From positions 32,001 through 96,000 of IMG/VR virus record IMGVR_UViG_3300024299_000001: 64,000 nucleotides of DNA; one strand, given 5' to 3'. The notes beneath the pieces are model-generated. The model saw nothing but the letters and a program-made list of their open reading frames with translations, ran no database searches and was not told the origin of the DNA. Position numbers and translations under genes: made by a program. The DNA is from a virus. Positions 18,901 through 25,635 of the stretch are shown in pieces. Every line of letters starts with the position of its first letter. Position 1 is the stretch's first letter.

Positions 18901-19787
18901 CCGATATTGCCACCTGCGAGTTCCATAAGACCAGAAAGAACGCCAAAACCTAGTGAAGACATAGGAGCGTCTACGCCGTGCTCAGTCAAAAGCTCTCCGT
19001 AATTAAGACCTGCTTCAAGCTGAGATACTGTACCAACCATACCAGCTTTAGTAAGCTTCGCAACAGTTTTACGACCGCTAGCCTTCATATAGCCTTTAAG
19101 TAAGGCTTTTTCGAGTTGTTTCTCAGTAGCCTCTCGTGCAGTTTCTTTTATGACCTTATTTTTGATTTGGTGTGCAACTGCTGCCTTAGCTTTTTCTCTG
19201 ACCATTTTTCTCAAGCCATGTTTTACTACAGAGTATCCGACACCAGCAGATAGAGTTGTACCGATAATTGTTTCAGCTATAATAGGAACTTGGGATGCAA
19301 TTAAACCTTGAAACCAATCTACTCCTGTTCCTATACCTTTTACTTCATCAAGACTCAGAGTAGGATACTGACTTGCTTCGTCTTCGTACTGCGCGTACTT
19401 ATCCATACTAAAATCTTGAACAGCACTACCAGTGTCTTTAACAATGTCTATACCAAGTTTTTCTCCTGCGTACTTTGCTAAAGAACCAAGCACACCACCA
19501 AAGCCAGCCACACCTTGTTTAGTCGTAGCTATACCTTGTTTTAGACCGCGCTCTACATCTCCTAAGCGCAGCTTATTTGCTTCAGCTTGACGCTGTCTTA
19601 AAAGCTGGTGCTGCCAGTCTTCTTCATTAATACCAGACATAGTACGCGCGATTTGACCAAAGGGAACGCCTTGCTCAACAAGTGGTCGAATATCTACACC
19701 TTGATTTACTGCTAGACCTATAGCGATCTCTTGATCTGACATACCTTCTTGTAAGGCCGTCATATAATTTTCAGGAGTAAAGGGCAT
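9960..19787 (-). CDS. giant polyvalent-type virion/ejection protein (3275 aa): vRNAP-like N-terminal module, acidic and Lys-rich linkers, HExxH metallopeptidase-like, H-Y-E ART-like and EIQSD-type domains, hydrophobic C-terminal region
   Basis: Uninterrupted 9.8-kb ORF. 'ILHEGGHLL' (H1081); 'VYHGSP..YGWGFYGA..LYKLEMP'; 'IHEIQSDTHQD'; TM-like segments near residues 2780-3100. Confidence 0.8.
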   Translation of the reverse strand: MPFTPENYMTALQEGMSDQEIAIGLAVNQGVDIRPLVEQGVPFGQIARTMSGINEEDWQHQLLRQRQAEANKLRLGDVERGLKQGIATTKQGVAGFGGVLGSLAKYAGEKLGIDIVKDTGSAVQDFSMDKYAQYEDEASQYPTLSLDEVKGIGTGVDWFQGLIASQVPIIAETIIGTTLSAGVGYSVVKHGLRKMVREKAKAAVAHQIKNKVIKETAREATEKQLEKALLKGYMKASGRKTVAKLTKAGMVGTVSQLEAGLNYGELLTEHGVDAPMSSLGFGVLSGLMELAGGNIGLVDDFVGAIAKGMPGSYLKRAAKKLLTNIPSEMLQEAGQEVSSILNIVANTDEKFLTPENIKRIVESGVSGGAIGGAGAFVAATKSGIKKDLSVPDSIQDEVQQEPTTTQFAENAEEETIEETEEEETEETTDAEEVITEEDLSDMLESDLLPARSTKPYTTKKKAEGALKIRKLDPEKKFKVQQVKGGFVIREDTGEAEAAPKKTPKPKKLSDAEVIKLANVTEEDWKGYSAAQKNELRGEANMKSIKVETKGLKKETEEVKDKDSILPVPDTIKWGKMSLAQKLTFAKKHSSFTAYVNKKTNDTGLPKDKKEVQVMQAEFASTVYSAQLKKQNTKTKVGPYVQSNETEKEFTPFNAAEASEQKPLSKFQRLALGQIQESLLDENDYKPYPVIMDGKKIVGNFKWLNQKAIDAMEKEERPKTGVTAQTFKVLEKKGFIKRAEFDDGRVRWVPIDWKPKFKEKTITKDKKGQVKSKEKTKVEKPKTKKKSTKLPKPKNKDTKVISKEQSELDKINAKIAGQQYVLKHAKEGGAHKDVITDTKKIIHDLKVKRLHATMNLKKSQSEAKKEESSPITDKKEMSAAIDRFFGGTPSVKAINKRIAELKGMLTEYKKKDPEFAKQIEDKIRELESQSEAKKKVEKSEPIDSQKSTKKKKTSATTKKAKKSSKPAKKGSKPKKKVIKRTKAEQIKIRGVESQVVQDMQDMGIDDPLSKVEAVDYQEDLPDGVKKEFNLEEYDSTQELDFDDPKYSKGEKNRVAGVYWKGKLYLVLENLVRAGGAKGVILHEGGHLLLASDKQFKAMYNSFIASAAKRIKTDKVLLDIHNWVKEQYPSKPEVWEEETLMHYIQNEANTKLPFYKEMVFKLKAWLKRKLGMTENLSGYEMGLIVGNILRNKLGHTTLTSSAPLASRVYHGSPVTWQKESRFKHGRPRLDKMSTGSGVQTYGWGFYGAQMKATGLDYYKYFQFPAYNITGVTVNGKKIKFNPTAYNTKILFGQFVDANTAEDIALAYVGFAFNGTTHIHDTQEIYEDALWYLDIELEALRRDQASFENARLLPLYDQAGHLINAWKLKQAKINFTRSTNKDASLYKLEMPSPAISQLFHWDRTLGQQKPMARAKMHKLINSVQRKNSVPYKNKLHMRRINNNTLGSYIYRAVSKALGSDKAASLEFKKFGIPGLRFIDGWTRYKRYERKTFNYVIWDQKILNQTVVKKRNDIPLASKIIKFPAKSAYDKTSVNDRIAITPVEVADRVYYAMRPEVFKIWDAATGIKAEDTDVQARKKIWNAKQALTAEIGIFKFREYTKLKAELEQRYDFLTSGMIAFAKVYDDAFGGYKAKPQGGMTTPGNITVLEKAKDRKNADILPLKPPTKPKASKLAPKFSSRLEDDFIQAKGPGKATPENWLNTFKSWTNKSMPIHVKEEFFFSNLREWMQKQKGKVTKQQVMDHLAKYGLKARMDETVLGGRDITLFDQLHEEGINPEDYIAERASGFSGPAVNRVNELLTKPINETEYPDINGDFNKGESYTFATLIVAVDDKYIVFRDIIRDKLDNLGVYPEVRDHLLINVLNDTSLDSNSLRDSLAPISSDLMSKQSKDFLLADEDLVEDWRIIRDAVQDQGYLTEVQDALFSDAYRNAPVEADYVTLPTATGLKDYQEIIIQIPAIKDTELSKKGKHFRLENEVVHLRVSSIGDGLYIHEIQSDTHQDAKKYGYTDKKTYDKNTLKLRQLTEPGNAKVKHYVNYIVNKMHDTIPITKKNLDDKDVKRNFKIHVEGRFFGPFGPYSPAIYVDAEDLAINIIRGLSRDVRKSISVQDVESIIRDSKVMEKLIEPAFLAKKSLRAQPDLPFKDNSTQLALKRAVMEAVALGHTKLIWAKTPYHVAAIEGWPSNFRQDADGKWIYDSTEGIQIVDGIVKKYTEYLPQTITKLFKPYGGGKLTTTKIKDYAKAGKEFNSFEFNQELIDTVSADKVPLAAKVRTKAEQAKLDGEILGDNKAEAEKLFRDVMKDQETSKVPLRAKIAKLFNNVIDESDKLDESDGFTRKAHEQNIGIMGLLFNSPEYYLRRGAQAKKVMSHALREDNLKYTIEKFVLGNWTNLIKNLKKTSGYKKAYKIANDYLLQTDATGRGYSVKTKSTVTKTENAKVVKTTWLVMNPSNKVVGRAKTEEEATRKMISFEQQMLKKRKFNQASLDMVKEARLLTDRGFTLLTEELRRQVASAKENGLKAPTAQYTDDKGKTRQLAISQLITRIGDLRGTYFPRERQSKAYVLKAEHSNGKLVTKTYSGYLPQNVLSSPWVNKTRQLINTRMPVGVEARRLKALGYDVSIKVTPTPTDVIFDVPGLITSMDSLLKNAEENVKKDADTKVLQSIHNQMAQNIADVYKIKGRLTSRKQRSKRYYAGFETDMNKAFTSYAQRLAAGEARRTTTRNMLLAFTGRETSFKDWQKTNKKGTYTDYLTEVKKKAIDPTTQKGLYKATRLYMQFFLKPDTGFDRAVGYFKALAVVMYLGGRVSSAAVNLTNMVLAVPATITGYTGLNLAQSGKHVANSVTQYTKYRAGLSKKLGIHSLVGSGTLSAEDKAIFDYITSQGWDEANFNYEAARVIQGIGSRVFNEILKHAMVMFGATEKVNRATTIFAAYKALRQSDKEMYKRINTTLNSSKDPKLIEKAHKELLQHAKEISSQAHGTYGKAAKPWVIQKIRLLDLPFTFMKFQHNYILNMLDLGLNKKQIIAPLYMLMAPALLAGVPATMLTTLIKAMWPGHEDPEERFYQFIEDLTGSDTIARTGLIGATTGIDMTGSLQMNSPFPKKVIEIGGAPLAIWSDFAKAYEHFTFGETEKGLEDLAPRALGNIIKGKREFTEGLTTGSYAPVYHGTTPLKSTPYEVILRLFSFSPSRLSAIRDRQWSETQERREYTADRSDILRRYNRFYTLPLYKQDPEILMDLADKIRAYNNAVYTSKPKLLIPYITGKWLNRNLKQTFKPNKYEKQRSTL

Positions 19788-19797
19788 ATATCCTCTC

Positions 19798-21402
19798 TTA
19801 TGCTTGTACTGCTTGTGAACGTTCCTGAGCTATTTGAGCGATAGCCAGTTTAATAATCTGGTCTTTCGTGTTCAAAGGCTCTCCTGACTCTTCTTTTGCA
19901 ATAAGTTTTCTAAGCCAATTTTGTATTATAGCCATTCCGCCTTTTTTTAATTCTTCTGCTGTGCTTTGCACGGCAGCTTGTATTTTAGGCGACAACTGTT
20001 GCTGACCTGGCTGACTAGCAGTATTACCTTTTAAGATATTATCAAGCGCTCCGCCAGGTATAGTTTCAGAACTTATAGGGTTGTTTTGCTGTGTAGCTGG
20101 TCCAGTAGGTATTCCAGAAGAATGGAATTTATCAAGAACTGATTTAGCTTTAATTGAAGCTGGGACTGGGTCAGTTAAGTCTTGTATTGTTATGCCATCT
20201 ACTGTCATTGTAGGCGCTGGAGCATTAGTAGGTATCGTGCCAGCGTCTGTAGGTACTGTCCCGCCTGCAAATGCAGGTATACCTGATGTGCTAGTAGGTG
20301 CTTGAGCATTAACTGTAGGTCTTATTGAAGATGGTATCGCACCTCCTGCACTAGCTGGTATACTTGATGTATCAATAGGTGTTTGTTTTACGGGTGTATT
20401 TACTACATGACTTGGTAAAGCTTCTTTAGGAGCTTCTGACTGTGCTTGTATAAGTGCTAATTTCTTTGCAGAGTCTTTAGGAGTTAAAGTTGCAGGCGTA
20501 TCACTTGGATTGTCACCTACTATTTTTGCCACATTTGGATTAGCCATTTTTAAAGCCATTAGTCGTACTGCAACTGGATCAGCTCCGACTTTAAACCAAT
20601 GTCCTTCATTTCCGTTTACTTTTTCTTGTTTACTTTTACCAAATGTTTTAAGACCCATAGATTTTAACATGGTTCTAAATTCTTTTATATCACTTATTTT
20701 TGCGTCTTTAGGACTTAACGGAATATGTATTCTGTAAGAATTTGGACTACCAGCCATACCTGGTACAGTTTCTGTGGGCCAAATTACACCAGTTGCTTTA
20801 GATACATAACCGTTAATCTCATTTATTCGGTTATTAATAACTGAAGTAGCGTACTCTAGTTGATCTTTATTAGACGCATTTAAAGGAGGCGGTGTTTCGC
20901 GTTCTTTTATTTGGGATAGTATATTTAACTTATCTAAATGTGCTTTTGATGCTGCTGTTTTATTAGCTGACTGAGTCTGCACATCTGTTAAGTATGTGGC
21001 TGGACTATTTGTTTTAAGTTTATCTGTATAGTTAGCTATGGCATCTACGTTACCTGTTCGTCTAGCCTCAGTAAGATTTGCCAAAGTCTTAGTTGTTTTA
21101 TTTGCATTCACACGTGACTGACCCTCAAACATATCTCTACCGACTGCCATAGCTGTCTTAACTGCTGCCATTACAACAGGTGCAGGATACCCTTTACTTT
21201 GTAGCGCTTGCAGTACCTTACTCATAACATCTGAGTTAGTTTTTTCTTCATCTGACAAGCCACCTAGCATCTGCAACACATCTTGAGCTGCAGCTGTTAC
21301 TTGATCACGTAGTGTACTAGCTTCTCTTCTATCAGCAAAATTTGCCATTGTAGTAGCAAAACTCGATGCGTTAGTGGATGATTGTGGACTAAAAAATGCC
21401 AT
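19798..21402 (-). CDS. virion-associated protein (hypothetical) with a P/T/S-rich repeat region
   Basis: 534-aa ORF containing 'IPASAGGAIP..IPAFAGGTVP' repeats. Confidence 0.7.
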   Translation of the reverse strand: MAFFSPQSSTNASSFATTMANFADRREASTLRDQVTAAAQDVLQMLGGLSDEEKTNSDVMSKVLQALQSKGYPAPVVMAAVKTAMAVGRDMFEGQSRVNANKTTKTLANLTEARRTGNVDAIANYTDKLKTNSPATYLTDVQTQSANKTAASKAHLDKLNILSQIKERETPPPLNASNKDQLEYATSVINNRINEINGYVSKATGVIWPTETVPGMAGSPNSYRIHIPLSPKDAKISDIKEFRTMLKSMGLKTFGKSKQEKVNGNEGHWFKVGADPVAVRLMALKMANPNVAKIVGDNPSDTPATLTPKDSAKKLALIQAQSEAPKEALPSHVVNTPVKQTPIDTSSIPASAGGAIPSSIRPTVNAQAPTSTSGIPAFAGGTVPTDAGTIPTNAPAPTMTVDGITIQDLTDPVPASIKAKSVLDKFHSSGIPTGPATQQNNPISSETIPGGALDNILKGNTASQPGQQQLSPKIQAAVQSTAEELKKGGMAIIQNWLRKLIAKEESGEPLNTKDQIIKLAIAQIAQERSQAVQA

Positions 21403-22855
21403 ATTTTGTCTCCTTGTCTAATCCTGTAATAGCGCCCCATAGGTCAACTAAGCCAGTGCTTGCTTTACCCAGAGATAATATATTGTCAAATAATCCTGGT
21501 TTGTTTGCATCTATTTTTACATTCGCAATGTCTACGTCCTTGTCGATGCCGTACTTCTTGAGTGCAAGTTCTATATTGCCCAAGTTAAGTGTTTCATCCC
21601 GCACACCAGTTGCTCCTAGCAGAGCTAAGTACTGTAGTATGCCTTTAGCAGGTGAACGGTCACTCACAGTTGCGTACTTCTTATCTTCTGCATTGATTGA
21701 GTTGGTCATCTGATTGGCAGCCAGAAGAGCTTGAAGTGCCCCTTCGTCTTTCTTGAACTTAGGAATGTATGAGTAGTCTTTGCCACCTATGTTTACGGTA
21801 GTAGGAGTATACGCACCTGTGCCAGTAGCTAAGTTCTTTTCAAGGCCTTGTAGAACTGCGTTGTTCTTATTCGTAGCTGTGTCAATTGCAGTGCCGTAAC
21901 CCTCAGCTTCTGTCTTCTTGAAGTTCGCATCATTCTTAATTGCTTCTTCTGCTTCAGCAGTAAACTTATCTATATAAGTATCCCACATAGACATTGGATC
22001 ACTTGGGTCACTTGTTGTGCCTGTTGTATCAGCTGTCACGAGATTTCCGTCCTTATCCAAAGATAGCTTACCTAAGGTGTCTAACCCTCCTGGTGTATTT
22101 GTGTTCAGTCCGTTATTTTTTGATACTCTTGAATTGTTAAGGTAGTCTTTAAGCCATTTGGGAGTACCAACCTCTCTTGCTTTATCCCAGGCCCCTGAAC
22201 CTGTGTTCCAGTTTTGAACAAGGGTATCTACTTGTTGGTTGTAATCTTGGAGGTCTTTACCACCAGCAGGAGGAGGCCCCATCACTACTTGAGCCATGAT
22301 CTTGTCAGCCTCTTTCTGTGGCAGCGTTCCATCTAAGGCACTCTGAATTTTTGCGTCATTCAAAACAGACTTCATGTATGTTAATTTATCTGGTCGACTG
22401 TCTTGATCTAACGCACTCCACGCAGCACTTACCTCAGCAAGAATCTCATTGCCAGTCTTTTCACCATAGTTAGCAAGTATAGCGTCATTTGCTGCTTTAA
22501 TAGTCTTCATGTTATTAAAACTATCAATTAGTAATGAAAGCTTACTTAAGCCCCACTTAGCAGATTTCTTAAACATCTTTTTACCAAGACTAGATAGAAG
22601 TGCTAGCTGAGCTTCAATAGCTTGGTTCTTCTCAAAGTCATTGATATATTTAGCAGCTGCATTTGGGTCACCTTCAAACGCTGGAACACTTCCCATAATA
22701 CTAGCCATCTGAGACGCTCCAAAGCCAACAGGAGGACCACTACCAGAGCCACCTCCAACGTTGCCACCATCTGACGCACCGCCTTGAGGACCGTCAACTC
22801 CAGGGCCATAAGAGTTAATCAGCCAATGGAGTTTCTTTGAGTTATTAAAAATCAT
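21389..22855 (-). CDS. virion-associated protein (hypothetical), Gly-rich N-terminus
   Basis: 488-aa ORF that overlaps the next gene by 14 nt. Confidence 0.7.
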   Translation of the reverse strand: MIFNNSKKLHWLINSYGPGVDGPQGGASDGGNVGGGSGSGPPVGFGASQMASIMGSVPAFEGDPNAAAKYINDFEKNQAIEAQLALLSSLGKKMFKKSAKWGLSKLSLLIDSFNNMKTIKAANDAILANYGEKTGNEILAEVSAAWSALDQDSRPDKLTYMKSVLNDAKIQSALDGTLPQKEADKIMAQVVMGPPPAGGKDLQDYNQQVDTLVQNWNTGSGAWDKAREVGTPKWLKDYLNNSRVSKNNGLNTNTPGGLDTLGKLSLDKDGNLVTADTTGTTSDPSDPMSMWDTYIDKFTAEAEEAIKNDANFKKTEAEGYGTAIDTATNKNNAVLQGLEKNLATGTGAYTPTTVNIGGKDYSYIPKFKKDEGALQALLAANQMTNSINAEDKKYATVSDRSPAKGILQYLALLGATGVRDETLNLGNIELALKKYGIDKDVDIANVKIDANKPGLFDNILSLGKASTGLVDLWGAITGLDKETKYGIF

Positions 22856-22867
22856 ACGATGCTCCTT

Positions 22868-23950
22868 TTAATTTCCGTAAATATCTTTTGATAAAGCTGT
22901 TAGCATTAATTCTAAAGGTAGTAAAAATTGTGTAGCAGTCTGTGCGTTTGTATTGAGTGCCTGTGACATAAGTTCTGGAATCTTCATCTTCAGTTCTGCG
23001 CCTTTCATGACCGCATCACTTGACTTGCTTGCTACGTCAGTTGCTATCTTACTCAAAGCTGAACTCATAGTGTCTGATGTTATACTAGACTTGAGCATAT
23101 TCTTGGTTGCCATTTCATCAAGCACACTCTGACTGACACCCTTGATCATGTTACGACCTTCTGATCGCGCACCTTGTTGTGCTGCAGCGATGTACTTATC
23201 TATATCGTCATTTAGACCAGTTATTTTAGTTTGTAAAGCTGTGTTAAGAGCTGAGTTATCAAACGTATTACTATCGATATAGCCTTGTATTTGTTCTATA
23301 ATTCCTGCGAATGGTGACTGTTGTCCGGTGTTGGGGTCTACTCCTGGATCGGGCCCTGGTGAAGGCTTCCCTGGGTCAAGGTGTATTTTCATGTTAGCCT
23401 TTAAAGTATCATATGGTATACCTGTAAGGTTCGCCATGTCGATATAAGATGCACCTGTTGTGTTCATATACGCAGAAATAAACTCATTTTTATCGGGAGC
23501 CGCATCATAAAGTTTTGTGAACCCTGCCTGGTCATTGGTGAAAAATTCAGTGCCTTGCTGAGTTGTTGTGTTGCCACCTGACACTCGGTTCACTGCATTA
23601 ATCAAGTCCTGTTTAGAGGCTCCGTATGTGCCTAAGTCTTGGTAAACTTGAGTAGGAGTGGCAGTTTTAATATAGTCTGATACATCGTTTTCAGTGCCTG
23701 ACCATGTGCCTATTGTTACAGGTTTTGATGGTTCAGGTGCTTTTGGCAACACACCATAATCTATAAAGGAATCCGCTTGAGATGCTGTATAATCAGAACC
23801 AGGGTTAAGGTCATTTATAATATTCGACAATGTAGCACCTGATACACCGTATTTAATTGCATCACTTCTAATTTGGCCCGGTGTATTTCCAGCGAAATAA
23901 GACTTTAAATCGTCTGCTGTATAGTCCGTCCCACCTATATTATATGCCAT
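22868..23950 (-). CDS. virion-associated protein (hypothetical) with three ~45-aa N-terminal repeats
   Basis: 360-aa ORF. Repeats: 'DDLKSYFAGNTPGQIRSDAIKYGVSGATLSNIIN', 'NDVSDYIKTATPTQVYQDLGTYGASKQDLINAVN', 'KNEFISAYMNTTGASYIDMANLTGIPYDTLKANM'. Confidence 0.7.
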   Translation of the reverse strand: MAYNIGGTDYTADDLKSYFAGNTPGQIRSDAIKYGVSGATLSNIINDLNPGSDYTASQADSFIDYGVLPKAPEPSKPVTIGTWSGTENDVSDYIKTATPTQVYQDLGTYGASKQDLINAVNRVSGGNTTTQQGTEFFTNDQAGFTKLYDAAPDKNEFISAYMNTTGASYIDMANLTGIPYDTLKANMKIHLDPGKPSPGPDPGVDPNTGQQSPFAGIIEQIQGYIDSNTFDNSALNTALQTKITGLNDDIDKYIAAAQQGARSEGRNMIKGVSQSVLDEMATKNMLKSSITSDTMSSALSKIATDVASKSSDAVMKGAELKMKIPELMSQALNTNAQTATQFLLPLELMLTALSKDIYGN

Positions 23951-24170
23951 TTTACCCTTTCTCCTACATTACTATATTAATTATATCCATTCTATCCACG
24001 TCACCAATTATAGGAAGATTAACAAGGTCTCCATAATCCCATTTGATTGCTGTATTTTGGCTGTCCCTGAATCTTATAACCTTTTCTCCGTCTGGTTTTA
24101 CACAAACTGCAATCCTGAAAGAGTGACCGCAACTGCGTATCGCTGTAAGCTTTTCCGTTTAATAAGTAAC

Positions 24171-24533
24171 TCACAATGTTCTCCTTGTGTTTTGGTGCAC
24201 TTGTATATGAAAATGTAAAACTCCGGTTTTTGTTTTATGTAATAAAGCTACTCTCATAGTTGGTCTCTCATAGTCATATACCCAGTTATCGTTAATCCAA
24301 CGCTCTATTTCTTTTGGTTCTAAATAAACCCATTCTGTTAAGTCTATCGCTCTTACTGGTCGTACGCCGTGTAGATCGTTTCTGTGCATCTTTGGTCTGT
24401 ATGACTCTGACATTCTGAGTCCAAACTTATCAGCTATAGCGCATATAATATTAACCAAAAGAGGCTCATAATTATACTCCATTAGACCACGTAGAACACT
24501 AGTATCTTTTATTACTATTTTGCCTGGTTTCAT
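24171..24533 (-). CDS. putative Zn-peptidase (M15-like cell-wall peptidase); function uncertain
   Basis: 'SESYRP..HGVRPVRAIDL' and 'HFHIQV' loosely resemble the H..D...H ligand pattern of M15 peptidases, but the H-to-D spacing is atypical. Confidence 0.3.
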   Translation of the reverse strand: MKPGKIVIKDTSVLRGLMEYNYEPLLVNIICAIADKFGLRMSESYRPKMHRNDLHGVRPVRAIDLTEWVYLEPKEIERWINDNWVYDYERPTMRVALLHKTKTGVLHFHIQVHQNTRRTL

Positions 24534-24627
24534 ATACCCAAAATATAACTAAAATGTTTCCCCATACTAGTAAGCATACCACTAGAGCTCCGATCGTTAT
24601 TGCAATACAGCCAATGAGCTGTTCCAT
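24499..24627 (-). CDS. small hydrophobic membrane protein (42 aa); holin-like
   Basis: Hand-translated: MEQLIGCIAITIGALVVCLLVWGNILVIFWVYETRQNSNKRY. Its ATG abuts the upstream TGA, and it overlaps the peptidase-like gene start by 35 nt. Confidence 0.4.
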   Translation of the reverse strand: MEQLIGCIAITIGALVVCLLVWGNILVIFWVYETRQNSNKRY

Positions 24628-25398
24628 TCATACTGTCATCCTTAAAATTCTTATTTCATCATATTTGGAATAAGGTGGTTTATCTCCATATTTCCAAACA
24701 AAAGTTTCCACCTGTGGATCGTACATCCATAGATCCATGTTGTCATCAAGGATATGAGTGATTGCGTGTTTAATTATATCCTGCCCTTCATACCTTAATA
24801 TTACATCAGACCTTTTGCCAAAGACCAGATTGCCGTAGTTCCACCTTGACAACCATCCAGTTGTTTCATTAACAAAGTCATCGCAGTCGTGGGATTCTTC
24901 AATATATAATCGTCTGTCTGCTGGATTAGCAACGCAAACAGGTTTAATCATCTCTGGTTTAATTAACCTGAAAATCATATCATCTTCGTAAATATCAAAG
25001 GGATGAATACCTGTGAGTGTTCTTATCTTTTGCCTTGCTTCATAAACTGATATTTCTCTCATTTCACCAAGATCAGGTACAGGAGGATTTAAAATGTCTG
25101 CATACCCTTGAGTATTGAACATTGACCAATCACCGTCCAACCATCCGACAAGATTTGGCCCTGTTACTATTCCCATTGGATTAAGAATTACAGAGATTAA
25201 AAGATTTGGATCAAGCAATGGATTAGGGCATATTTCTTTTGCACAAATAGCAACTATTTGGAGTTGAATACTATTAGGAATACCAAAACAATTTTGAGTA
25301 TCAGCATACAATCGTTTAGATCCATTGTAATTATAGTACCCACCGTCTTCAAGATAGTTTTTAATTGTCTTTACCATTGCTTGTTTTATTGTTGTCAT
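24628..25398 (-). CDS. hypothetical protein ('ESHDCDDFV...KHAITH' Cys/His pair; possible papain-like fold)
   Basis: 256-aa ORF. The Cys-then-His arrangement is only suggestive. Confidence 0.6.
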   Translation of the reverse strand: MTTIKQAMVKTIKNYLEDGGYYNYNGSKRLYADTQNCFGIPNSIQLQIVAICAKEICPNPLLDPNLLISVILNPMGIVTGPNLVGWLDGDWSMFNTQGYADILNPPVPDLGEMREISVYEARQKIRTLTGIHPFDIYEDDMIFRLIKPEMIKPVCVANPADRRLYIEESHDCDDFVNETTGWLSRWNYGNLVFGKRSDVILRYEGQDIIKHAITHILDDNMDLWMYDPQVETFVWKYGDKPPYSKYDEIRILRMTV

Positions 25399-25406
25399 GG
25401 TTTATC

Positions 25407-25529
25407 CTATTGGTTCGATCTCTTACGCCTGTCACCATTCCGCAATTCTTGAGAAGTGAAGTAACTCTTAGCATGATGAGATGTTATACCAGATCGTCTT
25501 TGTTTTTTTCTTCTGTTATTTTGTCCCAT
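25407..25529 (-). CDS. hypothetical small, highly basic protein (40 aa)
   Basis: Hand-translated: MGQNNRRKKQRRSGITSHHAKSYFTSQELRNGDRRKRSNQ. The SD is weak. Confidence 0.25.
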   Translation of the reverse strand: MGQNNRRKKQRRSGITSHHAKSYFTSQELRNGDRRKRSNQ

Positions 25530-25538
25530 TGCTTACCC

Positions 25539-25628
25539 TTATTGAAACTTATATTTTATAACCACTATTCCTGAACCACCTGTGCCTGAGCTGTAGTATT
25601 GTATTAGTGCTTGTTTTATTGTTGTCAT
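25539..25628 (-). pseudogene. 29-aa chimeric mini-ORF; probable remnant of a second glycine-rich-protein gene
   Basis: MTTIKQALIQYYSSGTGGSGIVVIKYKFQ. The N-terminus plus 5' leader match the 24628-25398 gene (26-nt exact repeat). The C-terminus mirrors '...GGSGIVIIRYQFQ' of the 25636-26496 gene. Confidence 0.45.
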
Positions 25629-25635
25629 GGTTTCC

